A stretch of DNA of 64,000 nt, from the NCBI GenBank assembly GCA_051294905.1, contig CM119371.1, positions 18,664,001-18,728,000 of the forward strand, written 5' to 3'. A program made the position numbers and the translations under genes. Source of the DNA: Botryllus schlosseri (taxonomy: Eukaryota). Positions 39,000-50,317 of this stretch are shown piece after piece. Under the pieces are notes generated by a model that had not been told where the DNA came from, made no database searches, and worked only from the letters and a program-made list of their open reading frames with translations. Positions within the stretch are counted from its first letter, which is position 1. Each line of letters begins with the position of its first letter.

Positions 39000-39528
39000 A
39001 AAGCGTTTGGCTGCGTAGATCATAAAAATTCTCATCTCGAAATTGTCGCGTTACGGACTTCGGGGCTCATCATCATTGGTTTATGAAAAGTTACCTCACT
39101 GGACGCCAACAAATGGTTGCAATCTCAGACACCTTGTCCTCTCCTCACCTGGTGACCTGTGGTGTGCCCCAAGGCTCAGTACCTGGACCGGTCCTCTTCA
39201 CCTTATACATCAACGACATTTTTGAAACCTCTTCATTGAACACCACGCTGTTCGCTGATGATACTCAACCCCTCTCTTCCGCATCTTCAACGGAAGAGCT
39301 GGATTCCCGACTAGTGACCAAATGCCGAAAGTCCATGAGTGGACGGCCCAGAATAACCTTTAGATAAACGCCTCGAAATCCCAATAATTGCTGACAGTAA
39401 ATTCCAAAAACAACCGAACCGTTAACATCGCTGGTCAGCCCGTTTCCAACACAGATAATGCCAAATATCTCGGGGTTTTACTGGACTCGGACATGTCCTG
39501 GAAGAGTCATATTCAGTCCCTATAAGAC
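39000..39528 (+). pseudogene. LINE reverse transcriptase fragment (CR1/L2 group); continues at 44626-44690
   Basis: KAFGCVDH, SYLTGRQQMV, GVPQGSVPGPVLFTLYINDI, LFADDT, KYLGVLLDSDMSWKSHI with frameshifts; resumes LDTKLSNKCGLFYRLRHFMS after the hAT insertion. Confidence 0.85.
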
Positions 39529-40958
39529 CAGGGGTTCTCAACTTCTCTTGTATAACGGGCCGCATTTTAACAGCAGAAGACGCTGCGGGCCGCAGAAGAA
39601 TATTTACATGTATTTGTGGGCTACTGTTAAACTTAGGCTAATGTAGCCTATCTACTAGTCGTATACGGCCATGTAGTACGTTTTTATGCATTCTAAAGCA
39701 TTAATGGACAGCGTTCGTAAGTTTGCAGCTGCTACTTGTCGTGAGACTATGTATCTTCTTGCGGCGCAAGTAAATCCCTTCATTGTGTTCGATACCAAGT
39801 CGGTATATTCAACTTCAAACCCTTCCACCAGAGAACCGAACTCTCTGTTTGAATGCGTGAGAGAGCATGTATAAAATTACTGTAACTTTTGCGTTACGGA
39901 GGCTATTATCACATTGAGCTCTGAGCGATATGAGAAGACGTCTGGTGATCGGGGCCGTTTCCGAGGAAACCATCAATCAACTCTTTTTCTTTCCTTCCAA
40001 GCCTGGGGCACTGCAGCAATAATTACAGTGGTCAGCTTTATCAAGTTGATATTTTGCTGGTCCCCTCCCCACGTTTGCCCAGCCCGCATTTCCTCTGCAT
40101 ATATACGTCCACTCTGATAAGATTCAACCGGATGATTAGTTATGCAATATCGGTGGATTCGTCTGAGGCTGGGTTAAAGTATAGTCTACGCGGCAACTTG
40201 TTTCAGAACATGCGATAAAATATCAATTGACATTGATGTTTTTCGTCTGGTCACGATTGAATCAGACGACTGTATCTTTGCAATTCGTCGGGTGATGTTG
40301 TCCTTGCTACTAAGTTCCGGAAACAGCAAATATTCGCACAGAATGTTGAGGTTTTATTGAAATAACACCTTCTCTAGCAGATTTCTTGGGTTTAGCGATA
40401 TTTCAATCAATTTTGAACGATGCGTCTGTAACGTCGTCGGCAATCTCAAGAACTGTTCGCAGTGAGTCTAACACTCTTTGAAAGTGTAGGCCTACTACGT
40501 AGCGGAATTCTCTTGAACTAGAGTCCAGTCGAATACCGATTCAAAACAATAACAATCTGAAGTCAAGCATTTATCAAGAAACGAGAACACATTAAAGCAG
40601 TGGTTCTCAAACTATTTTAGGCAGGCCCCCGTTTTTGATAGGGAAAATTTATTGCCCCCTTATCGTCATATAACAAAATGCAACCAGACTGCTAGCAACA
40701 CAAACGGCTAGTTCGATGGCATGGAAGGTTAAGGCTGTTGATGAGAGAATTCTCAAATATGAAATTCTGACTATTGTAGCGAACCGCTGGTCCTTTTAAC
40801 CCAATGTCCCTAGCTAACGCCAGGCATCCGTTATGAAGGAAATATACTTTGCGTGTATTAGGATTTTAGTATATCATGACAACTTGTAGAACTCTACTAA
40901 CTCTGCATCGTCACAACAACAGCCAGAATTTTCAACACGACGCAGACAACTTCCAACC

Positions 40959-41585
40959 TTGTTGGAACACTCCACATCGAGCCAAGATCGCACTGCTACC
41001 GAACGTAGAGAAACGGCATTCGTGATTAACAAATTACCACGTGTTCAATTTGACGTTCACCAGCCGGAGCACTTTTTCGAAATCGCAGACTTAACGTTTG
41101 AAGCGAATGGTATCTTCACGCAACATGCGCGATCTTGCTTTCTCGTTGTAAACATTAAGCCCGATATCATACGACGCGCACTCGGCGGTCCCATCGACAC
41201 ACGGGATCCTAATAGTTATGACTTGGCCAAAAAAGCGCTGATGCATAGGTTCCATATTCCAATCGACAGCCTCGCAAGTAATTTCAGCAACCTTTTAAAA
41301 GTTGCCAGGACAGGTAACCTAACACCGGAACAGGCATACGACACGGTAGTTCAGTACCACAGTGGCCATGAAGATAGCGAATCCAACAGGAGCATGATGA
41401 AATCAACATTTCATTCCTTACTTGACCAGCGCCTGCAGTCAGCATTACTCTTTCATGTGAGCGAGAAGTCTCTCGACGAGTTACTAGGGATGGCACGAAT
41501 ACTATCTGCACAAATGTCGGACAATGTCCAACACGTTAACGCTGTCCACACCAACACAGTCACACCGTCTCAGAGCACGTGGTAA
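40959..41585 (+). CDS. gag: Gag-like protein of the LTR element (start probably truncated)
   Basis: 208-aa ORF; KLPRVQFDVHQPEHFFEIADLTFEANGI resembles the Gypsy/Mag gag N-terminal KLP.F...P..WF..AE..F...GI motif. Confidence 0.6.
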   Translation: MLEHSTSSQDRTATERRETAFVINKLPRVQFDVHQPEHFFEIADLTFEANGIFTQHARSCFLVVNIKPDIIRRALGGPIDTRDPNSYDLAKKALMHRFHIPIDSLASNFSNLLKVARTGNLTPEQAYDTVVQYHSGHEDSESNRSMMKSTFHSLLDQRLQSALLFHVSEKSLDELLGMARILSAQMSDNVQHVNAVHTNTVTPSQSTW

Positions 41586-43460
41586 TGCGACCAGTTTCAT
41601 TCACAGCAGACAGTTCGGAAACAACCTAGCTGTTCGACGAATTTACGAATGAGCTCCTATCTTTTTAATTTCTCCACCTTCAAGCCGGACAGCATGTCTA
41701 ATCTCTTTCCTACGTGCTCTCTCTTTTTTTTTTGCTTTCATTGTTTTCGCCCTAGTTACACAAACAGCCAGTTTTTCTAGCATTCGCTAATCATCTATTA
41801 GCCACAGGATCGCTACCACTTAGCTGCCATATCAACCTCCCGCTGTGTCTTATTCTCTCTTCGAATCTTAGTATTATCGTGACGTAACCTGGTCAGGTAA
41901 CTAGCGCTGCCTAAGTACAAGGACTGTCTTTTGAGCTCCGTCTGTTCATAACGTTTGAACTTTGCTCACGACACATTTGAGGATCCATCTAGTGCTCCGG
42001 GACACTCGGCATATGTTCATCGTTAGTAAGAGTGAATACCCTAACTCCGAGGACGTCTTCAGAATTATGTGCACACGTGTGACCCCGACCTAGCAGCCCG
42101 CTGCCTCAAAGGCAGTCTTAGGGATTTTTCATCTTTCCTTTTCGCTGATGCCAGCGGGTGCGTAGCCATGGCGCGGTTTCGGAGTGTCTGCTGGCGGATA
42201 CGATGAAACTCGCGTGGAAATGCACCTTCCGTGGTCGAGCGATCGGGGTCGCATGAAGTCTGGAGAAGGATTTGGTACAGTTAGACTCACATCTGAATCT
42301 TTGACTATGTATCGTGTACCGGTTAATATAATGTTCATGTATCGCCCGATAAGAATGTTCACCTTTGCACCCCCATTTCGCGAACAGGTGTGATGGATGG
42401 GTTCCTCTACCACTGACAACACTGCGTATACGCATTATACATGCAGTGGCCGCTTCTTACGATACCGGTCGGCGTAGCACTATACCTTCAAAACTACATG
42501 CTGCATTATAGCATGGCTACCACAGTTACGATTGCACGCGCTAATTCGAATCGTCATTAAGGTCCTCTTCATGTTTAATTCAACGCGTAACACCCTGTTT
42601 AACTCATGTAACGAGAATTGTCCTCCTCATGCGACACAAACCGCGCACGCGACGACACATATCACTCGCAACATTCACAATTTTCATACATCGCTCATCT
42701 CCGGCGATCGAGCTGAATCATAGGCGAACCAGCGGGCCACAGCGTCCTGTCCTATGCTGGGCACTGCCTTCACTCCCGTTTATTACATAGGCTGCCCCGC
42801 CTGGATTGTGGTTATTAGGCTGTGGTAATTGCATTGTTTCATGTACTGTATCTTCTGTACTTTGTCTAGGCTTAGTAATCGTTAGACTTATTTTTTTTTA
42901 TCACGTTATGCTGGCGCCTAGCTTGTTTTCAGCCTACCCGCTCAATTCCCGACCCGGACGACGGTACGCCGCTCATTGGAGATGACATTGGATGCTTGGG
43001 CCACCAGGATATATAACTGCGATCGGTCAATCATGTCTACCACTCGGACAGCGTGACACGCGGACACAACCTCTACTGATTCGCACATTCCATTGCCGAC
43101 AGCCGAACGACGCACAGTTCACGGCTCTGTCTCAAACGCACGACTTCAACAACCAGTTATTGCTCCACGTTCGCCTCAAAGCTTCGTACGAACCGATTCC
43201 TCCGGGATTTGACACCGACGTACAACGGTCACGACAGTACAGCAGCATACGGCAACGGAGTAAGATGACTAGCGCGAATCGCCCGGTTTCGATACCGAGG
43301 TCCGAGATTCAACTGTCCACACGCATGCATTATGACGCCACACGCTCATGGCTTGGTAGCGACACCAACCACCGATCCAGCCCATTCCAGCATCCCTGCA
43401 CGTACCGTCGAGGGTCCTGCACATATTGACTCATTAGTCACTCAGCATGGTGACTTTGTA

Positions 43461-43615
43461 CGAACCTTGCCCCCACGCGCGGCGCGATCGATTTAACTAT
43501 CGTATTGCCACCCCTGGGTGGGTGATTTACTTGCTATGATTTTTTTAAGAACTTTGCCCCCACGCGCGGCGCGATCGATTTAACTATCATATCGCCACCC
43601 CTGCGTGGGTGATTA
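43461..43615. repeat. Two direct copies of a ~65-bp unit inside the LTR element
   Basis: TTGCCCCCACGCGCGGCGCGATCGATTTAACTATC...GCCACCCCTG.GTGGGTGATT occurs twice. Confidence 0.8.
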
Positions 43616-44801
43616 CCTCTTTATTGTTGTTTCTGCATAGGCTACTTTTTTGTAGGCTAGTAGTGTGTTGTAATAATATAAAATTCACTCGGTCCATCAA
43701 TCATTCATAACTGCATGTTTTTGCTTTTGTTGTTAGCTTTAAACCCACGCATTCGCTATCTTCCTTCAGGGCGGATACCGACAACGGTAATTCATTAATT
43801 TGACTCTTCCACGTCACCTAGTTCCGCTCCCTCTCAGAGGGGGGTCGGTGTAGCGAACCGCTGGTCCTTTTAACCCAATGTCCCTAGCTAACGCCAGGCA
43901 TCCGTTATGAAGGAAATATACTTTGCGTGTATTAGGATTTTAGTATATCATGACAACTTGTAGAACTCTACTATCTCTGCTAGTGTTGCGCAAGCGTTGT
44001 AAGCATTGTTACGCCAAACATAGTCCTAGCTAGAGTACTGCCTTTTTCCTGTCACTAGAACTTTACCAACCCGTTCTCATTGGCTAACGCATTACAATCG
44101 CATTCATTGTTACGCATTTTCGGGTATATAAACCCACGTTTCTCTGTGACGGCCCTTGAGATCTGAGATTCACCTCAGCGCCTAACGTATCTCTGCTGCA
44201 ATACATCCGTACCGAGTGAAACTGTGAGTTAAGAAGTCGCCAACCTAAAGACAGCCAGCCAGTCGCCAAGTCAGCTATCTACTGCTCCAGGCACGACACA
44301 GCCCCACCGTCACACTATACACCGAGAAATAACTAGGAATCGGAGATAAATTGCGCCCAGCGCAAATTTTTCTTCAGTTGACCCCAGCTTCGCGCCCCCG
44401 ACGCCTCCCTTCAGATGCTTTCAGGCCCCTAAGGGGATCGTCCTCCCGTTTGAGAACCACTGCTTTCAAGAATGAGTAATCTAACGAAAGAGAGACGGTG
44501 CGACAAAAGAGCTAAGTATCTAAGTTAATTTGTAAAATTACTGTGTCATTAGTAATTGCGTTTATAATGAAAGATGTCGCGGGCCGCAAAATAAACGTCT
44601 GCGGGCCGCGGGTTGAGAACCCCTGCCCTAGACACTAAATTATCAAACAAGTGCGGCCTGTTCTACAGGCTAAGACACTTCATGTCACCATGGGTCTGCC
44701 AGTAAAACTCGGTGAAATTGACATTGGAGAATATAATATAAAAGTAAAAAAACAGATTGTCTGATTGCGCTTGGGCATTTTCGGCCCGTCTGCCATCGGT
44801 T

Positions 44802-44897
44802 GAATATCATCATCCTGCTCTGCTCGAATATCATCATCCTGCTCTGCTCGAATATCATCATCCTGCCCTGCTCGAATATCATCATCCTGCTATGTTC
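44802..44897. repeat. 24-bp minisatellite x4
   Basis: (GAATATCATCATCCTGCTCTGCTC)4 with minor variants. Confidence 0.9.
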
Positions 44898-45074
44898 TTG
44901 TATCTGGTCGACAAACACACAAGTAAGCTCTCGCTGTCAGAGTAGTTATTTTATTGCACTTATCGTCATATGAAAACAGCACGAGATTTCGATGTAATGA
45001 CAATGTGTTACGCCTAGTATAACTACAAATTGAAATAAGCGGCGGCCAGCAAAATGATGACATTCATAGTTGTA

Positions 45075-46038
45075 GGGGAGATGTGGTACCGATGGATCAC
45101 TGGGACCGAAAATACTTTAAAAATTCTCCATGATAATTCTATGATTACACTCCGTGAATTTGTCTACAATTACATGCTGACAGAATCTTTCCTCACATGC
45201 AAAAAAATTCGACCTGCGTAAGTTATATGGTCTGGGACGAATGATTTACGTTTTAAGGGGGTGTAAAGTAAATTTAGATCGACATTTGCATTTTTCTATA
45301 TCACTTTTCAGACTAACAAACCCGCCATACTTTTTGGTGTGAAGTATAGGGCTTGTATCAAGGTATATAATGGCACATATTTTTTGAATCAATACCATCC
45401 TCGAGTGGACAATTTTCAAGTCAAAAACAATATTTATGGGGTAGGGGACCTATGGTACCATAGCCAAATCAAGCAAAATAGATGGACCAACTAATCACTT
45501 AATAACAGAAACTCGCCTAAATAGGCGGTAAATCATAGGTACCTGTGGTGTTTTGTCGCTATTTCGAGGTATTTGAAAGTCAAAATGTCGATTTGCGGGT
45601 AATATGTACGTGGCATCAATTTTGTAAGTTTAGGCGTAAATCAAAACATGATTTTAGGCCAACATTTGAGTGGATAATGAATATAATCTATTTTATGCTT
45701 GAAGGTCGCGATGAAACATTCTTCATTGCCTTTCTGTAGCTTAGCTTATAATACACAACAAAACAAGTTAACAAATGTGAGTTTTTGAGCGTACGTCGCA
45801 TAGGTCCCATGGTCGTGTGCCTTTGGACCCACTGGGTGGGTACCGATGACACGTTCGAGCAACAAGTTTTAAACGTTCATAAATATTTTTTGAGAAAGCG
45901 GATATTCATGTAAATGTCCGCGATAGGTAGAGCTTGTATCGACGTGTTGAAACAGCAAAAGATCCGCTATTATTGGCTGAAGATTTGAGGGCCAGAGATC
46001 ATTTTGCAATTTTTGAACCATCGGTACCACATCTCCCC
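45075..46038. mobile_element. TA-flanked MITE at the 5S array border
   Basis: Perfect 21-bp TIR GGGGAGATGTGGTACCGATGG/CCATCGGTACCACATCTCCCC with TA on both sides. Confidence 0.85.
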
Positions 46039-46276
46039 TACGTAGGCCTATACGTGCGCGTACAAAACAGTTGCAATCAAATTGATCGAGTTTGCGCGAC
46101 AAAAATGCAAAAGCCGCCTACCTACACCCGGTATTTGATCGCTGCGCTGTATTCACGTATGAAGCATCGCGCGAAATTTGTAATTGTAGTCGGCCTAACG
46201 CATTTTCATTATATCGCAATCGTCTTAAAGAAACGGACAATGTCACATAAAACGGCAGAAACTGACACGATCTGTC

Positions 46277-46397
46277 GCCTACGACCATACCACGTTGAAT
46301 ATACCCGATCTCGTCCGATCTCGGAAGTCAAGCAACGTTGGGCCCGGTTAGTACTTGCATGGGTGACCGGCTGGGAATACCGGGTGTAGTAGACGGC
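46277..46397 (+). rRNA. 5S rRNA, copy 1 (3' GTAGAC variant)
   Basis: GCCTACGACCATACCACGTTGAA...GATCTCGGAAGTCAAGC...TTAGTACTTG...GGGAATACCGGGTG, then T-run Pol III terminator. Confidence 0.95.
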
Positions 46398-46751
46398 TTT
46401 TTCATTTTTTTCGCACAAACTCGATCAATTTGATCGCTGCGCTGTATTCACGTATGAAGTATCGCGCGAAATTTGTAATTGTAGTCGGCCTAACACATTT
46501 TCATGATATCGAAATCTCGTGCTGTTTTTACATGACGAAAATTCCAATAAAATAACTACTCTGACAGCGAGAGCTTACTTGTCTGTTTTTCGACCAGACA
46601 CAAGAACAGAGCAGGACGCCAATGATATTCGACCTCTTGTTGGTCAGAAAGTGCCTCGGCGCAATAAGACTATCTATACTATTCTGGCGTCTCGTCGACA
46701 GCATGGCGACGGAAATTGTCACATAAAACGGCACAGATCGTAACCACTGTC

Positions 46752-46872
46752 GCCTACGACCATACCACGTTGAATATACCCGATCTCGTCCGATCTCGGA
46801 AGTCAAGCAACGTTGGGCCCGGTTAGTACTTGCATGGGTGACCGGCTGGGAATACCGGGTGTAGTAGGCGGC
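46752..46872 (+). rRNA. 5S rRNA, array consensus
   Basis: Full-length 5S plus terminator. Confidence 0.95.
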
Positions 46873-47226
46873 TTTTTCATTTTTTTCGCACAAACTCGAT
46901 CAATTTGATCGCTGCGCTGTATTCACGTATGAAGTATCGCGCGAAATTTGTAATTGTAGTCGGCCTAACACATTTTCATGATATCGAAATCTCGTGCTGT
47001 TTTTACATGACGAAAATTCCAATAAAATAACTACTCTGACAGCGAGAGCTTACTTGTCTGTTTTTCGAGCAGACACAAGAACAGAGCAGGACGCCAATGA
47101 TATTCGACCTCTAGTTGGTCAGAAAGTGCCTCGGCGCAATAAGACTATCTATACTATTCTGGCGTCTCGTCGACAGCATGGCGACGGAAATTGTCACATA
47201 AAACGGCACAGATCATAACCACTGTC

Positions 47227-47347
47227 GCCTACGACCATACCACGTTGAATATGCCCGATCTCGTCCGATCTCGGAAGTCAAGCAACGTTGGGCCCGGTTA
47301 GTACTTGCATGGGTGACCGGCTGGGAATACCGGGTGTAGTAGGCGGC
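47227..47347 (+). rRNA. 5S rRNA (ATGCCC variant)
   Basis: Full-length 5S, one substitution. Confidence 0.93.
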
Positions 47348-47521
47348 TTTTTCATTTTTTTCACACAAACTCGATCAATTTGATCGCTGCGCTGTATTCA
47401 CGTATGAAGTATCGCGCGAAATTTGTAATTGTAGTCGGCCTAACGCATTTTCATTATATCGCAATCGTCTTAGAGAAACGGACAATGTCACATAAAACGG
47501 CAGAAACTGTCTCGATCTGTC

Positions 47522-47642
47522 GCCTACGACCATACCACGTTGAATATACCCGATCTCGTCCGATCTCAGAAGTCAAGTAACGTTGGGCCCGGTTAGTACT
47601 TGCATGGGTGACCGGCTGGGAATACCGGGTGTAGTAGGCGGC
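47522..47642 (+). rRNA. 5S rRNA variant (CTCAGA, AAGTAA)
   Basis: Full-length 5S, two substitutions. Confidence 0.9.
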
Positions 47643-48102
47643 TTTTTCATTTTTTTCACACAAACTCGATCAATTTGATCGCTGCGCTGTATTCACGTAT
47701 GAAGTATCGCGCGAAATTTGTAATTGTAGTCGGCCTAACACATTTTCATGATATCGCAATCTCGTGCTGTTTTGACATGACGAAAATTCCAATAAAATAA
47801 CTACTCTGACAGCGAGAGCTTACTTGTCTGTTTTTCGACCAGACACAAGAACAGAGCAGGACGCCAATGATATTCGACCTCTAGTTGGTCAGAAAGTGCC
47901 TCGGCGCAATAAGACTATCTACTATTCTGGCGTCTCGTCGACAGCATGGCGACGGAAATTGTCACATAAAACGGCACAGATCGTAACCACTATCGCGCGA
48001 AATTTGTAATTGTAGTCGGCCTAACGCATTTTCATTATATCGCAATCGTCTTAGAAAAACGGACAATGTCACATAAAACGGCAGAAACTGTCACGATCTG
48101 TC

Positions 48103-48225
48103 GCCTACGACCATACCACGTTGAATATATACCCGATCTCGTCCGATCTCGGAAGTCAAGTAACGTTGGGCCCGGTTAGTACTTGCCTGGGTGACCGGCT
48201 GGGAATACCGGGTGTAGTAGGCGGC
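48103..48225 (+). rRNA. 5S rRNA variant with 2-nt insertion (possible pseudogene)
   Basis: GAATATATACCC, AAGTAA, GCCTGGG. Confidence 0.85.
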
Positions 48226-48280
48226 TTTTTCATTTTTTTCGCACAAACTCGATCAATTTGATCGCTGCGCTGTATTCACG

Positions 48281-48848
48281 GCGTCCTAAACATAGAAGAT
48301 ATGCGGAAACTAGAAATCGCCAAGTTTATGTATCAGTTTCACTGCGGTCGTTGCCCCGAATACTTCAATGACTTCTTTACCTCTGAATCAAAAGCGCACA
48401 AGTACAACACACGCGCGTCCATGTCGTCCAAATATCATATGATCGACCACGAAGATCATCGCTCCATCAAATATGCCGGACCTGATGTGTGGAACAGTAT
48501 CCCGCCGGCCATCCGACAGTCGACGAGCATGTCCACATTCAAGTCGAAATACAAGCAATTACTACTAAATAAATACAGTACATCCTCAAGATTACCGGAC
48601 CACGACTGACCTATCGATCTCGCTTCCCATGACATGCCGCCCTATTTCTTGTCGCATTCTTTTTCTATACTATCTTCTTTACTTTCATTCAGTGTGCATG
48701 CCTCCTCTTTACATCGCCTAGGCCAAGGTGGGTGTCAGATTCCATAGACTACTCCTTGTCGCTTCGACATCTTCCTGTCTTTTCATTGTATCGCATTTTT
48801 GCGGTGTATTGAACTGATAAAATTGCTAATAAACCAATGATGATGATG
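48281..48848 (+). mobile_element. 5'-truncated CR1/L2-group LINE 3' end in 5S spacer, copy 1
   Basis: ORF2 C-terminus (IAKFMY...HKYNTR...YAGPDVWNSIP...FKSKYK), 3' UTR, AATAAA, (ATG)n tail; interrupts spacer TATTCACG|TATGAAG. Confidence 0.9.
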
Positions 48849-48966
48849 ATGAAGTATCGCGCGAAATTTGTAATTGTAGTCGGCCTAACGCATTTTCATT
48901 ATATCGCAATCGTCTTAGAGAAACGGACAATGTCACATAAAACGGCAGAAACTGTCACGATCTGTC

Positions 48967-49087
48967 GCCTACGACCATACCACGTTGAATATACCCGATC
49001 TCGTCCGATCTCGGAAGTCAAGCAACGTTGGGCCCGGTTAGTACTTGCATGGGTGACCGGCTGGGAATACCGGGTGTAGTAGGCGGC
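48967..49087 (+). rRNA. 5S rRNA, array consensus
   Basis: Full-length 5S plus terminator. Confidence 0.95.
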
Positions 49088-49441
49088 TTTTTCATTTTTT
49101 TCGCACAAACTCGATCAATTTGATCGCTGCGCTGTATTCACGTATGAAGTATCGCGCGAAATTTGTAATTGTAGTCGGCCTAACACATTTTCATGATATC
49201 GAAATCTCGTGCTGTTTTTACATGACGAAAATTCCAATAAAATAACTACTCTGACAGCGAGAGCTTACTTGTCTGTTTTTCGAGCAGACACAAGAACAGA
49301 GCAGGACGCCAATGATATTCGACCTCTAGTTGGTCAGAAAGTGCCTCGGCGCAATAAGACTATCTATACTATTCTGGCGTCTCGTCGACAGCATGGCGAC
49401 GGAAATTGTCACATAAAACGGCACAGATCATAACCACTGTC

Positions 49442-49562
49442 GCCTACGACCATACCACGTTGAATATACCCGATCTCGTCCGATCTCGGAAGTCAAGCAA
49501 CGTTGGGCCCGGTTAGTACTTGTATGGGTGACCGGCTGGGAATACCGGGTGTAGTAGGCGGC
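49442..49562 (+). rRNA. 5S rRNA (TGTATGGG variant)
   Basis: Full-length 5S, one substitution. Confidence 0.93.
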
Positions 49563-49736
49563 TTTTTCATTTTTTTCACACAAACTCGATCAATTTGATC
49601 GCTGCGCTGTATTCACGTATGAAGTATCGCGCGAAATTTGTAATTGTAGTCGGCCTAACGCATTTTCATTATATCGCAATCGTCTTAGAGAAACGGACAA
49701 TGTCACATAAAACGGCAGAAACTGTCTCGATCTGTC

Positions 49737-49857
49737 GCCTACGACCATACCACGTTGAATATACCCGATCTCGTCCGATCTCAGAAGTCAAGTAACGTTG
49801 GGCCCGGTTAGTACTTGCATGGGTGACCGGCTGGGAATACCGGGTGTAGTAGGCGGC
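49737..49857 (+). rRNA. 5S rRNA variant (CTCAGA, AAGTAA)
   Basis: As 47522. Confidence 0.9.
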
Positions 49858-50317
49858 TTTTTCATTTTTTTCACACAAACTCGATCAATTTGATCGCTGC
49901 GCTGTATTCACGTATGAAGTATCGCGCGAAATTTGTAATTGTAGTCGGCCTAACACATTTTCATGATATCGCAATCTCGTGCTGTTTTGACATGACGAAA
50001 ATTCCAATAAAATAACTACTCTGACAGCGAGAGCTTACTTGTCTGTTTTTCGACCAGACACAAGAACAGAGCAGGACGCCAATGATATTCGACCTCTAGT
50101 TGGTCAGAAAGTGCCTCGGCGCAATAAGACTATCTACTATTCTGGCGTCTCGTCGACAGCATGGCGACGGAAATTGTCACATAAAACGGCACAGATCGTA
50201 ACCACTATCGCGCGAAATTTGTAATTGTAGTCGGCCTAACGCATTTTCATTATATCGCAATCGTCTTAGAGAAACGGACAATGTCACATAAAACGGCAGA
50301 AACTGTCACGATCTGTC

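Larger units (their letters stand above)
40775..44314 (+). mobile_element. Non-autonomous Gypsy-type LTR retrotransposon (gag only, 5' LTR truncated)
   Basis: TG...CA ends; 4-bp TSD CTAT; 40775-40906 equals 43849-43980 with 1 mismatch; purine tract AGAGGGGGG before the 3' LTR (43849-44314). Confidence 0.85.
40598..44462. mobile_element. CAGTGGTTCTCAAAC-family MITE split by an LTR element
   Basis: Perfect 15-bp TIR CAGTGGTTCTCAAAC/GTTTGAGAACCACTG; TSD CATTAAAG/CTTTCAAG; halves rejoin to match 11014-11307. Confidence 0.8.
39529..44625 (-). mobile_element. Inverted copy of the 24488-25952 hAT family with nested insertions
   Basis: CAGGGGTTCTCAAC...GTTGAGAACCCCTG; interior matches the reverse complement of the 24.5-26 kb copy; TSD CCCTA(TAA)GAC/CCCTAGAC. 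Confidence 0.85.

Noticed and set aside
44685..44945. ORFs with EYHHPALL/MMIFEQSR repeats
   Set aside because: Translation of the 24-bp minisatellite.
48301..48609. 102-aa ORF as a functional multicopy gene
   Set aside because: It is the C-terminal remnant of LINE ORF2 read from an internal Met; identity among copies reflects recent amplification.
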